From Spirochaetaceae bacterium (GTDB lineage: Bacteria > Spirochaetota > Spirochaetia > DSM-2461): a stretch of DNA of 64,000 bases. Below, piece by piece: positions 60,658 through 64,000 of this stretch. Within the stretch, counting starts at the first letter, position 1. The number at the start of each line of letters is the position of its first letter. The stretch is from the NCBI GenBank assembly GCA_051531975.1, contig JAOPTT010000002.1, positions 217,968 to 281,967 on the forward strand, in the 5' to 3' direction. The notes under the pieces were generated by a model. That model did no database searches. It saw nothing but the letters and a program-made list of their open reading frames with translations, and was not told where the DNA came from. The translations under genes and the position numbers were made by a program.

Positions 60658-62007
60658 ATGATAGAAGAATCAATAGAGTTTAAAAACAGACTAATAAAAA
60701 TAGCAATACCAATTATGTTAAGTAAATTTTTATCATCATCTATATCTTTAGTTGATAATATTATGATCGGAAGCCTTGGGGAGATTCCTATTGCCGGAGT
60801 CTCTCTAGCTAACGAGTTTACCTTTATATTCATGATTTTAGTAAGCAGTACCAGTTCTGGGGCATCTATATTTATTGCCCAGTACTGGGGTAAAAAAGAT
60901 CTAAAAAGTATTCATAGTTTTATGGGGATATGTTACCGGATATCCTTAACTATTTCTCTTATATTTTTTATAGGTTCAAGCTTCTTCCCCATGGAACTAC
61001 TCTCTTTTTACTCCAAGGATATAGATGTACTAAATACAGGTGCTAATTATCTGAAAATAATATCTTTAACATTCCCACTTAGTGCAATCTCTATAACAAT
61101 ATCTAGTACCCTCCGGAGTACAGAAAGGGTAAAAACCCCTTTAATAGTTTCTACTGGGGCAATAATTTTAAACTCCATACTTAACCTACTTCTAATTCAT
61201 GGTATAGGTATCTTCCCAGAACTTGGTGTAACTGGTGCAGCTATTGCGACACTGATTTCTAAAGCTCTGGAAACCTTAACAATAGTAATTATAGCTTATT
61301 ATAAGAAAACCCAGGCTGCTACTCCTTTAAAGGACCTATTACATATACCAAAAACATTCTGGAATAAATATTTAAAAACCTCATTCCCTGTAATTATAAA
61401 TAATTTTGGTTGGGCTGCAGGTATGACAATCTGTATATCTGTTTATAGCAGAATGGGAATAGAGAGCATTACATCTTATAAAATATCAGCAGTTATTATG
61501 GATCTGTTTTTTGTCATCATCACCGCCTCGGCAAATGCATCTGCAATAGTATTAGGAAATATTATAGGGACTGGTGATTTTCAAAAAGCGCAACGTTATG
61601 GAAAAAGGTTTCTAAAGTTATCTATAATCATGGCTATAATTCTTGGAATAATAGTTGCCAGCCTATCTTCTACAATTCCAAACATGTTTAACGTTAGCCA
61701 ATCAATAAAAGATAATAGTAGGATTATTTTATTAATTTTTTCAGTCTTTCTAATTTTTAAAGGCATCAATAATCACCTCATTACAGGCTTTTTTAGTTCT
61801 GGTGGAGATACATTTGTATCAATGTTATTAAACACCCTTGGTATTTGGTTCTGGGCAGTACCAATTAGTATCTTTTCTGGATTGTATTTATCACTACCAA
61901 TCTACTATGTATTTGCCTTAGTTTGCCTAGAAGAGATAATAAAAGCCTTATTTGCAGTTCCACGTTTTAGATCAGGTAAGTGGATAAAAGAAATAATTTC
62001 AAACTAG
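60658..62007 (+). CDS. MATE family efflux transporter
   Basis: AIP, DNIMIG.LG, AQYWG, LG..GAAIAT; about 12 TM helices. Confidence 0.92.
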   Translation: MIEESIEFKNRLIKIAIPIMLSKFLSSSISLVDNIMIGSLGEIPIAGVSLANEFTFIFMILVSSTSSGASIFIAQYWGKKDLKSIHSFMGICYRISLTISLIFFIGSSFFPMELLSFYSKDIDVLNTGANYLKIISLTFPLSAISITISSTLRSTERVKTPLIVSTGAIILNSILNLLLIHGIGIFPELGVTGAAIATLISKALETLTIVIIAYYKKTQAATPLKDLLHIPKTFWNKYLKTSFPVIINNFGWAAGMTICISVYSRMGIESITSYKISAVIMDLFFVIITASANASAIVLGNIIGTGDFQKAQRYGKRFLKLSIIMAIILGIIVASLSSTIPNMFNVSQSIKDNSRIILLIFSVFLIFKGINNHLITGFFSSGGDTFVSMLLNTLGIWFWAVPISIFSGLYLSLPIYYVFALVCLEEIIKALFAVPRFRSGKWIKEIISN

Positions 62008-62170
62008 CAGTCTGTCGGACTTGATGCTTACAAGGATATTTGCAGAGATTTTTGTTCTATTTGAGGCGTGAATGAGGAGAATATTTCCAATATTTGACAA
62101 TTGAACAACGAAAAATAGGGCAAAAAGATCAAAAATAGACTGTAATTGATTAAGTCCGACAGGCTGCTAG
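62004..62170. mobile_element. MITE-like non-coding element with terminal inverted repeats and CTAG flanks
   Basis: ctag-cagtctgtcggactt ... aagtccgacaggctg-ctag (15-bp TIR, 1 mismatch); internal stem 62049-62062 / 62113-62126; no ORF. Confidence 0.8.
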
Positions 62171-62320
62171 AACTATCAAATACATATGACACCTATCAAA
62201 ACTATAGATAAAGTGCCCATTTCTATTAAATTGATAATTCACTTTTATATTGTTAGTTGCTGGAATCTGGATTGGGGATGAATATGAAACATCGATTATT
62301 ACTTAAGGAGAACAGACTAT

Positions 62321-63217
62321 ATGAATAAAAAGTACGGTACGTTATTACTAATGGCAATCCCGGGAGTACTATATTTTATTATCTTTCATTACATACCTAT
62401 GACAGGTATAGTTTTGGCATTTAAAAACTTTCATGCAGCTAAAGGGATCTTCGGCTCTCCATGGGTTGGCTTTGACAATTTCAAGTTCCTTGTTATATCA
62501 GGAACCCTAGGAAGAGTTACTCTGAATACAATAGGTTACAACATAGTTTTTTATCTAACTAATGATGTATTAGCAGTAATTATAGCTATCTTTATTTCTG
62601 AAATGACTAAAAGATCACACCAGAAGTTTTTTCAATCCCTATTGTTCCTTCCATACTTTATGTCCTATGTAATTATGGGGGTTATAGCGTATAACTTAAT
62701 GAATTATGAGTATGGTGTTTTAAATAATATCATTACTTCTCTGGGGTTTGCACCGGTGGACTTCTATAATAAACCCGGATTCTGGCCATATATAATTCCA
62801 CTTTTTAATATCTGGAAGTGGGTTGGTTATACATCCATTATCTATATGGCTGCAATAGTTGGTATAGATCAGTCCCAGTTTGAAGCTGCCAAAATAGATG
62901 GTGCCAATATATGGGATATTATCAGACACATTATTCTTCCCGAGCTTATTCCTACTTTTGTAATTCTATTCCTTTTTAGAGTTGGACAGATGATGCGTGG
63001 ACAGTTCGATCTTTTTTACAACCTTGTAGGTAATAACAGTCCAATATACGAATCAACTGATGTTATTGATACTTTTGTATTCCGTGCTCTTGTTAATAAT
63101 TTTGATATTGGTATAGGTTCAGCAACCGGTGTCTATCAATCTGTTTTTGGTTTGATTCTTATACTTTCAATTAACGCTTTTGTTAAACGTATCAATGCTG
63201 ATAACGCACTGTTTTAG
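62321..63217 (+). CDS. LplB-type carbohydrate ABC permease
   Basis: YIPM.G..LAFK, SPWVGFDNF, EAAKIDGA, DVIDT.V.R. Confidence 0.92.
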   Translation: MNKKYGTLLLMAIPGVLYFIIFHYIPMTGIVLAFKNFHAAKGIFGSPWVGFDNFKFLVISGTLGRVTLNTIGYNIVFYLTNDVLAVIIAIFISEMTKRSHQKFFQSLLFLPYFMSYVIMGVIAYNLMNYEYGVLNNIITSLGFAPVDFYNKPGFWPYIIPLFNIWKWVGYTSIIYMAAIVGIDQSQFEAAKIDGANIWDIIRHIILPELIPTFVILFLFRVGQMMRGQFDLFYNLVGNNSPIYESTDVIDTFVFRALVNNFDIGIGSATGVYQSVFGLILILSINAFVKRINADNALF

Positions 63218-63226
63218 GAGATTAAA

Positions 63227-64000
63227 ATGATTAATACAATTAGTAAAAAAGATCCACAGGAAATTGCATTTAAAGTTATAAGTTATTCAGTTGTAACTAT
63301 CCTTGCTCTGTTTTGTGTTATTCCGATAGTTTTGATTGTTTCTGCATCTTTTTCATCAGAAGAATCAATATTCAAATATGGGTATTCTCTATTTCCTAAA
63401 GAGTTCTCCCTGGAAGCATATAAGTTAATATTTAAAGCCCCTGAAGGTTTGATAAGTGCTTATGTCGTTACCATTTTTATTACAACAGTTGGTACCTTAC
63501 TTGGACTTATTGTTACAAGTATGACAGCGTATGTAATCTGGAGAAAGGATTTTAAATTCAGAGCCCAGTTAGCATTTTTTATCTACTTTACAAGTATTTT
63601 CTCTGGTGGTTTAGTTCCAGGTTATATATGGATAGTTAAATACCTAGAATTAAAAAACACTTTATGGGTTTTAATGTTACCAAACTTAACAAATGCCTGG
63701 AATATTATGATATTCAGATCTTACCTGAATAATACTCCAAACTCCCTAATTGAAGCGGCTAAAATTGATGGTGCTGGGGATTTTAGAGTCTATCTGCAAA
63801 TTGTAATGCCGATAGCAGTACCTGGTTTAGCAGTAGTTGGAATGTTTCAGGCACTGTACTACTGGAATGACTGGTCTCTGGCAAAACTATACATAGATGA
63901 AGCCGGTAAATTTCCACTTCAATTTTTCCTATACCAACTTTTAAACAACCTTCAAGCAATGCAAAAGTCAATTTCAGGTGCTGGTATTCCAATTCCGGAT
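63227..64000 (+). CDS. LplC-type carbohydrate ABC permease, 3' truncated by the window (absent from the ORF track)
   Basis: AGGAG RBS; frame open to the window end: MINTISKK..FSGGLVP..EAAKIDGA..YWNDW. Confidence 0.9.
   Translation, partial: MINTISKKDPQEIAFKVISYSVVTILALFCVIPIVLIVSASFSSEESIFKYGYSLFPKEFSLEAYKLIFKAPEGLISAYVVTIFITTVGTLLGLIVTSMTAYVIWRKDFKFRAQLAFFIYFTSIFSGGLVPGYIWIVKYLELKNTLWVLMLPNLTNAWNIMIFRSYLNNTPNSLIEAAKIDGAGDFRVYLQIVMPIAVPGLAVVGMFQALYYWNDWSLAKLYIDEAGKFPLQFFLYQLLNNLQAMQKSISGAGIPIPD

Noticed and set aside
75..63992. Numerous short antisense or overlapping ORFs in the track (e.g. 75-515, 4724-5413, 14433-14744, 47676-48182, 49719-50126, 63783-63992)
   Set aside because: They lie within or opposite well-supported genes and show no motifs or RBS.
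1..64000. tRNA, rRNA, riboswitch, T-box before serS, prophage or transposase genes
   Set aside because: None recognised. serS has only 38 bp upstream, too short for a T-box. A covariance-model search would be needed to exclude small RNAs.

Overview
This is an AT-rich bacterial chromosomal segment, probably from a free-living anaerobic spirochaete. That assignment is an inference from the 'LFASGQNE'-type solute-binding-protein signal peptide and the overall gene content. It holds about 55 CDS and no recognisable rRNA, tRNA or CRISPR array. Housekeeping and metabolic genes include serS, rdgB, a DEAD-box helicase, a phosphohexomutase and a NeuB-family synthase. A small decaying defence islet (5.3-9.2 kb) carries an orphan DUF2442 gene, an adenine MTase frameshifted at an A7 run, an intact HTH-C5-MTase plus Eco47II-family endonuclease, and an unannotated DUF1016 pseudogene. 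Other blocks are a ynj-like ABC/DedA/flavoprotein/desaturase/CDP-alcohol transferase cluster, c-di-GMP signalling genes, a Crp/Fnr (HcpR-like) regulon with two identically positioned boxes, and hemicellulose-utilisation loci (GH43, GH42, GH51). The clearest structures absent from the ORF track are (i) a complete leader-peptide/terminator/antiterminator attenuator upstream of an ARE-like ABC-F gene, (ii) a ~160-bp CTAG-flanked MITE at a stop codon, and (iii) recurrent leaderless promoter architecture. Family assignments come from motif recognition only; no database search was run.
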